This document shows positions 1 to 8,353 of a DNA stretch of 58,314 nucleotides, in pieces. The position numbers and the translations under genes were made by a program. Within the stretch, counting starts at the first letter, position 1, and every line of letters begins with the position of its first letter. A model generated the notes under the pieces. It saw only the letters and a program-made list of their open reading frames with translations. It searched no databases and was not told the origin of the DNA. Source of the DNA: a virus; IMG/VR virus record IMGVR_UViG_3300017694_000094, positions 1-58,314 of that record; one strand, given 5' to 3'.

Positions 1-123
1 CCTCCGGGCTTTCGGCTGGCTGTGCGGGTTCAGGCGTCATGGGGTTGGTCCTTGGTGGAGGCGGCGAGGGCGCGGGCGCGGAGGGCGGCTGCGGTGAGAG
101 CGAGCGCGGGGGTGGCTGCTTCA
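1..123. repeat. terminal direct repeat copy 1 (assembly overlap / circular closure)
   Basis: Read base by base: 1-123 is identical to 58192-58314. The unique length is 58,191 bp. Confidence 0.95.
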
Positions 124-407
124 GAGTTGCCCCTATTCACCGCGTCGTCGATGAACTGGACGAAGGCTTCCCAGTATACGGGACGGTCGCCCTTCCCATC
201 GTACCGGAGCCAATCCAACAAGAACGCCATATCGGCCGGCACCAGCGACATCGCGGCGTCGAGGGAGGCGGTGAAAGCGTCGGGCGCGCGGTCAAGAGCG
301 ATGCCGATGTCTATGTCGAGGTTGAAGTCAGCCCCCGTCGCCTGTTCACACCTGACAGCCAACTCCACCAGCCCGGTTGCCCGCGCGTCTTGGGTCGAAG
401 GGGTCAT
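30..407 (-). CDS. hypothetical early protein (125 aa)
   Basis: ORF track. Protein-like composition, and a 4-nt stop/start overlap with the upstream gene at 404-407. Confidence 0.6.
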   Translation of the reverse strand: MTPSTQDARATGLVELAVRCEQATGADFNLDIDIGIALDRAPDAFTASLDAAMSLVPADMAFLLDWLRYDGKGDRPVYWEAFVQFIDDAVNRGNSEAATPALALTAAALRARALAASTKDQPHDA

Positions 408-925
408 GCGGGTTGGTCCGAATCAGCAAGGGCGGCATCAATCTCGTCCGCCCAATCGCCACAGGCGTTCGGCATCCAGCGGCGCATCTTCGCTGTGACT
501 GCGCGAATACGCTCCTCCGGTGACAGCGCGTTGCGTTCCTCGCCGACCGCCTGACCCTCCACAGTCGGCTTCTTAATGAACCGTGCTGCGCGGGCGGCGC
601 AGGATACTTCCCCGCCAAGCGTACCGGCGCGCGCACCGCAGCGGACACAATAGGCATGGGAGCCTTCGCGCCGATACAGGTGCTCCACCTGCGCGATCTG
701 CCGCTGCGGTATAGGCTGGCTAGTACGATCCAAGATCACGGCGTAATCGATCTCGTCTAGCTGCGCGCCCCATCCTGTAAACCCGAACTCGCAATGGACC
801 CCGGTGAGCCTCAGAAAAGCCTCCTCGACCGCCTGCCGCATTGGCCAGTCCGCGCCCTTCGGCAGCGGCACGCAGCCCATGACGCCAATCTTGCCCGACC
901 AAGCGGTATGTGCAGGAATAGTCAT
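404..925 (-). CDS. hypothetical protein (173 aa, start MTIPAHTAW)
   Basis: Internal ATG at 925 forms an ATGA overlap with the stop of the upstream gene (922-925). The longer track ORF adds only an Arg-rich extension. Confidence 0.6.
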   Translation of the reverse strand: MTIPAHTAWSGKIGVMGCVPLPKGADWPMRQAVEEAFLRLTGVHCEFGFTGWGAQLDEIDYAVILDRTSQPIPQRQIAQVEHLYRREGSHAYCVRCGARAGTLGGEVSCAARAARFIKKPTVEGQAVGEERNALSPEERIRAVTAKMRRWMPNACGDWADEIDAALADSDQPA

Positions 926-1497
926 GCGGCGTCTCCGAGGCATTGGTTGTTCCAAGTCGTGCGCACGTCCCGCATCGGGCGCTCGATCCTTTTGCGGGCT
1001 TCCGCGCGGACGACAGGGTCAGCGTGCCACCCCCAGATCACCTTGCGGCGACCGGGGTTCAGCCCCCGCCTGTCTGGCCCGGAGTTGGACCGACCGAGCG
1101 GTATCCAGCCGTCGAACCGGTACAGTCCGCCGGTATGCAGAGCGGCGTCCTGATAGCTGATAGCCCAAGTCGTCCCCCAAGCGCGCGACACAGCAGGGAA
1201 CACGAACTCTCGCCACAAGCGCACCGCCACGCGGCAAAGGTCAGGGCGTACGGCGCAAACCCGAGCAAGTTCCAAGGCTTCATCCCGGCTCAGCCCTGCC
1301 GTCGCGGCCGGGATCATCTGCTCGGTCGCGGTGACTGCTACGAGAACGCCGTCGTGTCTCAGCCCATGCGCGATGCCGGGGCGAAACGATGGGCGGTTCA
1401 GCGGCCCCATCTTGTGTCCCCACGCGGTGAGAGCCTCGTTCAGTTCGGCACGATCAATCGCGTCGAACGAAATAATTGGAGCGAGGAAGCCGCCCAT
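922..1497 (-). CDS. GNAT-fold protein, possibly Mom-like DNA-modification family (tentative)
   Basis: Start MGGFLAPII at 1497 overlaps the upstream stop (TGATG). The pattern LELARVCA...WAISYQDAALHTGGLYRFDGWIPLG resembles the xSYxDxxxHxGxxYxxxxW signature I recall for phage GNAT/Mom-like proteins. Confidence 0.55.
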   Translation of the reverse strand: MGGFLAPIISFDAIDRAELNEALTAWGHKMGPLNRPSFRPGIAHGLRHDGVLVAVTATEQMIPAATAGLSRDEALELARVCAVRPDLCRVAVRLWREFVFPAVSRAWGTTWAISYQDAALHTGGLYRFDGWIPLGRSNSGPDRRGLNPGRRKVIWGWHADPVVRAEARKRIERPMRDVRTTWNNQCLGDAA

Positions 1498-1739
1498 CAC
1501 TCCTCCCCTTTGGATTGTGCCAGCGAGGCGCGGACGACGTGGCCGAGGGGGGTAAAGCGGTAGCCAAACCACCGTTTGCGAACCAAGCCTCTGGATACGA
1601 GTCGATCGCGCGCTTTGACTTCGAAGGGATAGGACATCCGCACACGCCCTTCGCGCAGGAAGCATTGCTCAATAAACGTCAGCCCCTTCGCGATCTCCGC
1701 GATAGCAGCCGCGTCGTGGGCGGGAGGGGGCGCGGTCAT
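1497..1739 (-). CDS. hypothetical protein (80 aa)
   Basis: ORF track. ATGA overlap with the upstream gene at 1736-1739. Confidence 0.6.
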   Translation of the reverse strand: MTAPPPAHDAAAIAEIAKGLTFIEQCFLREGRVRMSYPFEVKARDRLVSRGLVRKRWFGYRFTPLGHVVRASLAQSKGEE

Positions 1740-1963
1740 TGGAACAGATCCTCCAACTTGTCGGCCTGCTTGCGCGCGGCGCGGACGTGATCCTTGATGA
1801 ACAGGGCGACCCGAATCTGGCGTCTCGGGCCGATCTCCGCGCCTTTGCGCAGGTCGGTCACGAAGTTACCGTCACTGACGGCGGCTCGCCCAAAGCGTGA
1901 CGGTCCCATGCCGGTCACACGCAAAAACTGCTCGATCGCAGTCAACGTGACGGGCCGCTTCAT
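1736..1963 (-). CDS. small putative DNA-binding protein (75 aa)
   Basis: ORF track. ATGA overlap at 1960-1963. TAIEQFLRVTGMGPSRFGRAAVSD is HTH-like. Confidence 0.6.
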   Translation of the reverse strand: MKRPVTLTAIEQFLRVTGMGPSRFGRAAVSDGNFVTDLRKGAEIGPRRQIRVALFIKDHVRAARKQADKLEDLFQ

Positions 1964-2196
1964 GCTCCTGCCTCGTCGGTTTCGTCGATGCCGACATCCT
2001 TATCGGCAGTGCGATCCCCATACCAGCAGGTGAAGATCGTGACCGCTGCCAGGGCGGCAATCGTGGCCCGGCCGTCATACATGCCTGCCAGCCAGAAAAC
2101 GATTACCAACGCGCCAACGTAGCACCAGGACAGCAGCGTCAGCGCCGCCATGTAATTCAGCTTGTCGTGCACCTTCATGCCTTCCTCCCGTGTCAT
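1960..2196 (-). CDS. small membrane protein (2 predicted TM segments)
   Basis: Hydrophobic runs AALTLLSWCYVGALVIVFWLAG and IAALAAVTIFTCWY. ATGA-coupled start at 2196; an alternative ATG at 2178 sits behind GGGAGGAAGG. Confidence 0.6.
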   Translation of the reverse strand: MTREEGMKVHDKLNYMAALTLLSWCYVGALVIVFWLAGMYDGRATIAALAAVTIFTCWYGDRTADKDVGIDETDEAGA

Positions 2197-2801
2197 CGCG
2201 CGCATGTCCCGCACGCGATCGAAATCTGTTGGTCCGACGCCAGCGGCGTATCGGCCGCTGCATCAATCATAGCCCGCACCCCGGCGGCGTCCGCGCCGAA
2301 CTGACGCACAACGCTGACGAACTGCTCGATGTCGTGCGCCCGCATCGCCCAGACCGGCCGGCCCGTCTCGCGGTTGAACATCGGCTGCCCTTCGTTGTCG
2401 CGCCGCTGCGCGCAGTGCATCAGTTCGTGATAGACCAGCGCCAAGAAGCTGGCGTCGTCCATGACGATCGCGGCCGGGGCGTAGAGCGTAATCATGAAGT
2501 CCGGCACGTCGCCGAACCACTCGCGAAGCTGCGCGACGGCGCGGCCGACCGACCACTTGTCACCAGACGGCGGCAGCAGCTGCGCCGTCCCCAGGATGAG
2601 CCGACCGCGCCGTTCGTTCGCTTCGTTCGTCCAGACGAAGCCGATCCGCGCCTGACGCAGATGTTCGTGGTCGTCATTCTCGATCACCGCGTCTTCGGCG
2701 ATGAATGTCTCGTCCGCCCACTGCGCCAGTTCCGGCGAGGGGAGGAAGAGCGCTTCGAGGGACGACTCGAACAGCACGTCAGGCGGGGTCGGCCGGTTCA
2801 T
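2193..2801 (-). CDS. putative phage zinc metallopeptidase (HExxH)
   Basis: Start MNRPTPPD at 2801 overlaps the upstream stop. Has a YHELMHCAQ HExxH motif. The N-terminal 146 codons of track ORF 2193..3239 are Arg-rich shadow sequence. Confidence 0.65.
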   Translation of the reverse strand: MNRPTPPDVLFESSLEALFLPSPELAQWADETFIAEDAVIENDDHEHLRQARIGFVWTNEANERRGRLILGTAQLLPPSGDKWSVGRAVAQLREWFGDVPDFMITLYAPAAIVMDDASFLALVYHELMHCAQRRDNEGQPMFNRETGRPVWAMRAHDIEQFVSVVRQFGADAAGVRAMIDAAADTPLASDQQISIACGTCAR

Positions 2802-3067
2802 CAGCCTTCCAGCTTTTCCGGCTCGATCGCGGGACCGGCGAGGCGAGCCTGCACCTCTTCGCGGAACTCCGCCGCGGCGCGCGCCATCGCCTGCGCGACC
2901 GCTTCTTCCAGGATCAGCACGATCCGCGCACAATGTTCCGGGTCGACCTTGATCTTGATCGTGTCGCCGTAGCCGCCGCCCTCGATCTCGGCGGTGGCGG
3001 TGTATTCGCCCTGGGTCTTGCGCGCCCAATCTGGCGTGAGCGCGATGCCGATCGACTTGAGTTTCAT
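2801..3067 (-). CDS. hypothetical protein (88 aa, start MKLKSIGIAL)
   Basis: ATG at 3067 is preceded by GGAGGAAGG. The upstream part of the track ORF looks non-coding. Confidence 0.55.
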   Translation of the reverse strand: MKLKSIGIALTPDWARKTQGEYTATAEIEGGGYGDTIKIKVDPEHCARIVLILEEAVAQAMARAAAEFREEVQARLAGPAIEPEKLEG

Positions 3068-3132
3068 GTTGCCTTCCTCCGTGATGCTGGTTGCATCGTG
3101 GGCGGGTCGCGCACGGCCCGCCGTCGTTGCAA

Positions 3133-3330
3133 TCAATCCCGCTGATCCGCCGGCTGCACGCCGGTTGCGACCCATGCCCGCCCGGCTTTCTCAGCCTCGG
3201 CATGGTCGCCGTAGAACTTCGGCGTTCCTGCTTTGCCATCCATTAGGCACTTGAGCCGATACGGGTGGTGCGCCCAAGACCCGAGCGTTTCGAGCGTGTA
3301 TTCGCGGTTATCATCCATCTGGGTCACCAC
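3133..3330 (-). CDS. hypothetical small protein (65 aa)
   Basis: ORF track (GTG start; alternative ATG at 3318). Protein-like composition. Confidence 0.5.
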   Translation of the reverse strand: MVTQMDDNREYTLETLGSWAHHPYRLKCLMDGKAGTPKFYGDHAEAEKAGRAWVATGVQPADQRD

Positions 3331-3430
3331 TGCTGCATGAAGGCGCGGTCCGCCTCGGTTTCAGGAGCGGTTACCGCCGCCCAATACGCTCGCCAAAAGC
3401 GGGAAACTGCGGCCCTAATCTTGGTCATTT

Positions 3431-4126
3431 TCAATCCTCCGGTTTGCCTTCCGTGGATGCGGTGTATCCCTCATTTTCGTCGGACACAAGCCCTTCATTT
3501 TTGTCGGGCGCATTTTGCATTGCCGCCTCGTATTCCTCCCGCTCGATGTGCCCGGCGGTCAGGCCGAAACCCAAGATCGCCTGCCCCTGCGTGCTGCGGG
3601 CCAGCGCCGCCAGCGTCTCGGGCGTGATCTCCGGCGGCGCGGGCAGGGCCGGTAGCGGATCAGCGGCGCGCGCGATCTCTTCCCGCATCCGGTTGAGCCG
3701 CCACAGCGCGTCGCGCGCCCGGTCCGCCGCCCGCTCGGCCAGCGCGTGCAGTTTCGGGTCCACGTCGCCCATGAACTTGAACGGCTCGCACATCGCCTCA
3801 GCAGTCGCCGCGCGCACGGCATTGACCGGGTATTTCGATAGGCTGACGAGGATCGAATCCCGCCACATCTTCGCCTGCTCGCCCGCCATCGTCGGCGCGA
3901 TCTTCGCCCCGATCATCTGGATTGCGTGCGCGATCTCCTTCAACGCCTTGTTTGCACTGCGCACGTCGGCGTCGAGGAAGTTGGGCGCGGCTTCCCGCAT
4001 CGGCCGGCGGGCCGCCTCGTAGCTGGCAATCGCCGCATTCACCTGCTCGGCGGTCACCTGCGCGACCGCGGCGTCGAGCGCGAAGTCGTGTGCCAGCACA
4101 AGCTGGCCGATCGCCTGCGGGTTCAT
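3431..4126 (-). CDS. hypothetical protein (231 aa), replication-module neighbour
   Basis: ORF track. ATGA overlap with the DUF1376-like gene at 4123-4126. Confidence 0.65.
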   Translation of the reverse strand: MNPQAIGQLVLAHDFALDAAVAQVTAEQVNAAIASYEAARRPMREAAPNFLDADVRSANKALKEIAHAIQMIGAKIAPTMAGEQAKMWRDSILVSLSKYPVNAVRAATAEAMCEPFKFMGDVDPKLHALAERAADRARDALWRLNRMREEIARAADPLPALPAPPEITPETLAALARSTQGQAILGFGLTAGHIEREEYEAAMQNAPDKNEGLVSDENEGYTASTEGKPED

Positions 4127-4968
4127 GCCATGTCCCTCCAGGCGGAACCTTTGCCGCCGCCACGGTCCATGTATGCGCTGCCCTCGATGATCTTGGAAAC
4201 GCTGTTCGGGCGCAGCAGGAAGTCGATGTCCGCCTTCCAGCCGCGGTCGTTCGTCCCCATCAGGAACGGGCGCTCCGGCACTAGCGCGATAGCCTCACGG
4301 ATCTCGGCGATCGTGTTCTCTTCCAGCCGGGCGCGGGCGGATGCCTGCCGGGCGTCCGTCATCTTCGCCGCTCGCTGCAACAGGCCATGCTCCAGCGCCA
4401 TCTCGTTCCACGCACCGATCACCTCGGCGCACTGCGCTGCCGATGGGCGTGCGGGCTTGGGCGGGTCACCCTTGCCGCCGTCCTCGCCCTTGCCGGCGTC
4501 AGCGTCGGATTTTTCATCGCCCGACGACAAGGGAGGGGAACCCTCCCTAATAAACTCTTGGTCTTGTTCTTGGTCTTGTTCTTGATCTATGCCAGCAGTG
4601 CACTTGGACTCCTTCTGCTCTGCGTCGATCGCGGCCTTGGACTTCCCGCCCTTCGACTTGCGCTGCCACAGATCGAACGCCTTTTCCGCCTCCGCCAGCG
4701 CGCGGTGCGACCACACAGCGCCCGTCTCAGGGTCGCGTTGCAGCTTGCCGCTCTCGACCAGCGCGTCGATGATCTGGTCGCCCTGGGTGCCCGGCAGGTC
4801 GGCCAGCATCAGGAGCAATTCCGCCTTCGGAACCGGGCGCGCCGTGTCCCATGTGTAGAGGCACAGGTCGAAGTAGACGGCCTTGATGAGCCGCGGCATC
4901 CGCGACGTGCCGGCCATCCAATCCGACATATAGAACGGGACGTAGCTGTGACGGCTCTTGGTGGTCAT
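4123..4968 (-). CDS. DUF1376 (YdaU)-like replication-associated protein
   Basis: The N-terminus YVPFYMSDWMAGTSRMPRLIKAVYFDLCLYTWD matches the DUF1376 pattern as I recall it. Has a QEQDQEQDQE acidic linker. Confidence 0.65.
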   Translation of the reverse strand: MTTKSRHSYVPFYMSDWMAGTSRMPRLIKAVYFDLCLYTWDTARPVPKAELLLMLADLPGTQGDQIIDALVESGKLQRDPETGAVWSHRALAEAEKAFDLWQRKSKGGKSKAAIDAEQKESKCTAGIDQEQDQEQDQEFIREGSPPLSSGDEKSDADAGKGEDGGKGDPPKPARPSAAQCAEVIGAWNEMALEHGLLQRAAKMTDARQASARARLEENTIAEIREAIALVPERPFLMGTNDRGWKADIDFLLRPNSVSKIIEGSAYMDRGGGKGSAWRDMA

Positions 4969-5312
4969 GATGCCTGTTCCTTGGATTGCGCGCGAGAGCG
5001 AAGCACGGCGAGCGTGACGGCCCGGTCCATTGTCCAGTCGCGCGCCCGGTATGTTGTGTCTTTGCCCGCTGGAGAGGTGACGATCACCTTCGTGCCAGCG
5101 GCGTTGGCGCGGATCGATGCAGACTCTTCATCCGGCTCGAACAGCGCAATCTCGATCTGCACGTCCAGCGCGTTGCACGACCGCTTGGTTTTTGCGACCT
5201 TCGTCGCCAGCGCCACAAAGGCCGCTTGCATCGCCTCAGGGTCGCCGCTATCTGTCTCTTGCTCCACGGTGGATTGCCTTCCTCTTGGACCCCGCGCCCG
5301 GCCTTTCTCCAT
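4965..5312 (-). CDS. hypothetical protein (115 aa)
   Basis: ORF track. ATGA overlap at 4965-4968. Confidence 0.6.
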   Translation of the reverse strand: MEKGRARGPRGRQSTVEQETDSGDPEAMQAAFVALATKVAKTKRSCNALDVQIEIALFEPDEESASIRANAAGTKVIVTSPAGKDTTYRARDWTMDRAVTLAVLRSRAQSKEQAS

Positions 5313-5333
5313 GAAGGTCGGGCGTGTTGCGTT

Positions 5334-5723
5334 TCAGGGCAGTGTGAACACGGTCACCCGCGCGAACTGCACGGTACGATCGCGCACGACGCGCCCATCA
5401 TCCATCCAGTTGTCGCCCGGCGTGACCTTGGCCTTCACCAGCAGATCCTCGATCGCCTTGACGTAATTGCTCACGTCGCTGTTGCGGTCGAGGTTCAGCC
5501 GGATCTCCCAGCCCCACGGTGCTTCTATCTTCGGTCGACCGGCGCGGTTGTAGGCGGCGGCGAGGATCAGCCCAGCGCCATCGCGCCAACGCTTGTAACC
5601 CTCGCTCAACCCACGACCGCGCCGAGGCGTCGCCTCCCCGCTGCCGCCCTTGGGCTTGAACGTCCGCACCGTGTACGAGTGGTTCACGGACGGCGGCATG
5701 GGGAGGTCGACGCTGAACGACAT
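5334..5723 (-). CDS. rusA: RusA-family Holliday-junction resolvase
   Basis: Start MSFSVDLPMPPSVNHSY at 5723. Has LDRNSDVSNYVKAIEDLL and GDNWMDDGRV, matching the RusA PPSxN and DxDN...D..DD layout. Confidence 0.75.
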   Translation of the reverse strand: MSFSVDLPMPPSVNHSYTVRTFKPKGGSGEATPRRGRGLSEGYKRWRDGAGLILAAAYNRAGRPKIEAPWGWEIRLNLDRNSDVSNYVKAIEDLLVKAKVTPGDNWMDDGRVVRDRTVQFARVTVFTLP

Positions 5724-5725
5724 GA

Positions 5726-6742
5726 TTAGACCGTGGCTTCCGGCGAACCCAGCAGGACGGGCAGGCCCGTTTCCGTTTCCACGGCCTCGACGGCTTCGTT
5801 GAACGCTGCCTCGAAGATCAGGTCGAGACGCCACAGTTCGTAGAAGAACACGATGTTGCCGCCGGTCTTCCGATAACGCAGACGCGCCAGCACCTGCCAG
5901 ATCGGCCCCTTCTTAAACACGGGAATACCGAGGACGAACATCTGCGGCACCTGCAACGGCTGCCCGGCCGCATCCATGTGGATCGTCTCGAACATCGCCG
6001 AACCGGTCCCGCTGGACAGGTTCTGCGACTGGCCGGCGTTGGACGCCTCGTAGACTTGGAAGTTCTGCGCGAGCGTCATCAGCGCCGCCGGGTCGGCGAT
6101 GCGGGTAGCGCCGCCCAGGCGGTCGACGAACTTCTGCGACTGCTCGCTAAGCGCGACATCGTTCAGCGGCATCACGTCGACGATATGGTCTTCGAGGAAC
6201 AGCGCAAAGTCGGTCATCGACATGGCAGTCTGGTTCTTCGCCTGCCATGCGTTCCATTCGTCGGACAGCGGGAAGGAGAAGAGTGACCGATGACGGCCAT
6301 AACGCGGCGTCCCGCGCGCGACAGTCGCACCGCCATCCTTCTTGTCGCCAAGGTGGTAATCCAGCACCGCCGTCAGCGTGGGCTTGGCGCGATTGTTGTC
6401 GGCGAATACCACCGAGTCCTCGTCGCTGAAGCGGTTGACGTGGGCGATGAAGCTATCGAGCGACAGCAGGTTCGCCGAGCCGCCGCGGGTGCGCGGGCCG
6501 ATCAGGTAATCGTTGAAGTGGCTCGCCGGGATAGGCGTGATCGATCCGTCCGGCGCGATCCGCACCAACGCCTGCGCGCCGGACACCGGATCGAGGATGC
6601 TACCGACCGACGACTTCATGTGATCGCCGGCAAACTCGAACATCTTCTCCAGCGCGTCGCCGCGCAGGTCCGCATATACCGCCGGCCCGGTGCTGGCGTT
6701 CGTCGGCTCGGGCAGCGTCTTTTCGTTCGTCTCTTCGGTCAT
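5726..6742 (-). CDS. DUF2303 (YfdQ)-like protein
   Basis: 338 aa. TLTAVLDYH...YGRHRSLFSFPLSDEWNAWQ...MSMTDFALFLEDH resembles the YfdQ family common in prophage recombination modules. Confidence 0.65.
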   Translation of the reverse strand: MTEETNEKTLPEPTNASTGPAVYADLRGDALEKMFEFAGDHMKSSVGSILDPVSGAQALVRIAPDGSITPIPASHFNDYLIGPRTRGGSANLLSLDSFIAHVNRFSDEDSVVFADNNRAKPTLTAVLDYHLGDKKDGGATVARGTPRYGRHRSLFSFPLSDEWNAWQAKNQTAMSMTDFALFLEDHIVDVMPLNDVALSEQSQKFVDRLGGATRIADPAALMTLAQNFQVYEASNAGQSQNLSSGTGSAMFETIHMDAAGQPLQVPQMFVLGIPVFKKGPIWQVLARLRYRKTGGNIVFFYELWRLDLIFEAAFNEAVEAVETETGLPVLLGSPEATV

Positions 6743-6774
6743 GGTATTCTCCTATGCTCCACTGCGGAGGGGGG

Positions 6775-7215
6775 TTAGATGCTGCGGACCGGCCCGCGCT
6801 GTTCGTCTGCCACGTTGCGGACATCGAACATCTGCATCTGATTCGGGGGGAAGCGGGTGAAGTTGCCGGCGTCGTCCTGCCATGCGGTCGACCGCTGGCG
6901 CGCCACAACGGGCTTTTTCACCGTGAACTTGGGCTGCATCTTGAACGTCTCGCCGCCAGCTTCGGCGACCATCTCGATCTCGATGACCAGCTTGCCCTTG
7001 GCATCGCGCTCCGTCATGCGCGCACGATCGCCCAGGAACTGCCCCAGCTGCTTCGCTTCGTGATAGACTTCCGCCGAGAACCGTCCGTCCTCAAGCTGGT
7101 CGATCAGGTTGCCAGCGCTGCGCGTTTCCATCGGCACCTTGAAGCCATCGCCGGCAGTGCCGACCGCCGGCAGGATCTCGCCGGTTGATTCGTCGATTCG
7201 TTCGGGTCGCATCAT
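6775..7215 (-). CDS. hypothetical protein (146 aa)
   Basis: ORF track. 4-nt overlap with the HTH gene at 7212-7215. Confidence 0.6.
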   Translation of the reverse strand: MMRPERIDESTGEILPAVGTAGDGFKVPMETRSAGNLIDQLEDGRFSAEVYHEAKQLGQFLGDRARMTERDAKGKLVIEIEMVAEAGGETFKMQPKFTVKKPVVARQRSTAWQDDAGNFTRFPPNQMQMFDVRNVADEQRGPVRSI

Positions 7216-7436
7216 ACTTCCTTCTGCGTGTGCGCGGACTGCGCGGGGGGTGACAACGGGATAGGTGGGCGAACCTTGCGCTCGGCAAGCAAGCCGCGGA
7301 TCGCAAGCGCGTCCTTCTTGCTCAACACGTTGGCTTTTTCCAGTTTCGACACCGAGGATTGCGTCAGCCCAAGGGCGTTCGCCATTTCCGCCTGTGTCAT
7401 CTTGAGAGCGGCCCGCGCCCGTGCTGCATAGTTCAT
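7212..7436 (-). CDS. XRE/Cro-type HTH transcriptional regulator
   Basis: LKMTQAEMANALGLTQSSVSKLEK is a canonical HTH_3 motif. It is the first gene of the leftward unit, beside the divergent intergenic region. Confidence 0.75.
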   Translation of the reverse strand: MNYAARARAALKMTQAEMANALGLTQSSVSKLEKANVLSKKDALAIRGLLAERKVRPPIPLSPPAQSAHTQKEV

Positions 7437-7546
7437 GGCATCATTCCTAAACGCATCCCATGATAGTCGTCAACGCATTATTGGCGCTTGACGCGATATT
7501 CGTTAGAGCATAGCTATGGGCAGGAAGGCAACCCAAGGAGACAGCA
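7437..7546. promoter_or_regulatory. divergent promoter/operator region
   Basis: 110-bp gap between divergent genes. Contains TTGACG-17 nt-TAGCTA, an imperfect inverted repeat TCGTCAACGC...GCGCTTGACGCGA, and RBS AAGGAGA before ATG 7547. Confidence 0.5.
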
Positions 7547-8353
7547 ATGCCCGACAAAATACCCGCCAGCGTCGGCACGCTCGGCGACATCCTCGATGGA
7601 CTGCCGCCGGCAGGCGTCGGCCACAACAACCCGCCCGAGCCGACGCCATACGAGGCGGTGAAGCAGGAGATCGAAGACCTGTATCTCGAAGCGGGGAACT
7701 GGCTCGACGGCGAGCCAATCGCGAACGAAGCGCAGGCGGCCGAGATCGCCGAACTGAAGCGGCGCATCCAGGCGGCGGCGAAGAAGGCGGAGGCGCAGCG
7801 CGTCGCCGAGAAGAAGCCGCACGACGACGCCGCCGCGGCGGTGCAGGCGCTCTACAATCCCCTGATCCAGAAGGGGAAGGGCAAGACCGAACTCGCCATT
7901 GCCGCCGCGAACAAGGCGCTGGCCCCGTGGCTGGCGGAACTGGATCGCCAGCAGCGCGAGATCGCGGCCGAGGCGCAGCGCAAGGCGCAGGAGGCGGCTG
8001 AAGCAGCGCGCGCGGCATCGCTGAAGGCCGCCGAATCGGCCAGCCTCGCCGAGCGCGAGGAAGCGGATCGGCTTCAGGACTTCGCCAAGGCGGTCAACAA
8101 GACGGCGCGCGCGGCCGAGACGGCTAAGCCGCAGGTTCACGCCACCGGCGGCGGGCGGGCGATCGGGATGAAGACGGTCTATCACCCGGAACTGTCTGAC
8201 CCGGCCGCGGCGATTGAGTATTTCCGCAAGATGCGCCCGGCCGCGTTGAAGGAGTGGATGCTTGGCGAGGCGCGCGACATAATCCGCGTTGGGCCGAAGC
8301 CGCCGGGCTCGATCCCCGGCTTCACGATTAAAGAGGAAAAGGTGCCGGTATGA
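7547..8353 (+). CDS. hypothetical coiled-coil protein (268 aa)
   Basis: ORF track. Ala/Glu/Lys-rich helical centre. First gene of the rightward operon. Confidence 0.65.
   Translation: MPDKIPASVGTLGDILDGLPPAGVGHNNPPEPTPYEAVKQEIEDLYLEAGNWLDGEPIANEAQAAEIAELKRRIQAAAKKAEAQRVAEKKPHDDAAAAVQALYNPLIQKGKGKTELAIAAANKALAPWLAELDRQQREIAAEAQRKAQEAAEAARAASLKAAESASLAEREEADRLQDFAKAVNKTARAAETAKPQVHATGGGRAIGMKTVYHPELSDPAAAIEYFRKMRPAALKEWMLGEARDIIRVGPKPPGSIPGFTIKEEKVPV

Noticed and set aside
3101-3122. Weak hairpin GGCGGG-N10-CCCGCC after gene 3133..3330
   Set aside because: Only a 6-bp stem with a 10-nt loop and no U-tract. It cannot be told apart from chance in GC-rich DNA.
2802-3239. N-terminal 146 codons of track ORF 2193..3239
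   Set aside because: Arg/Gly/His-rich extension that overlaps two better ORFs in other frames. The internal ATG at 2801 is stop/start-coupled.
4556-4590. Short tandem repeat CTTGGTCTTGTT x2-3
   Set aside because: It simply encodes the QEQDQEQDQE acidic linker of the DUF1376-like protein. It is too short to be a distinct element.
7514-8185. 223-aa minus-strand ORF opposite 7547..8353
   Set aside because: Leu/Arg-rich shadow. It would run through the divergent promoter region, and the plus-strand ORF has an RBS and normal composition.
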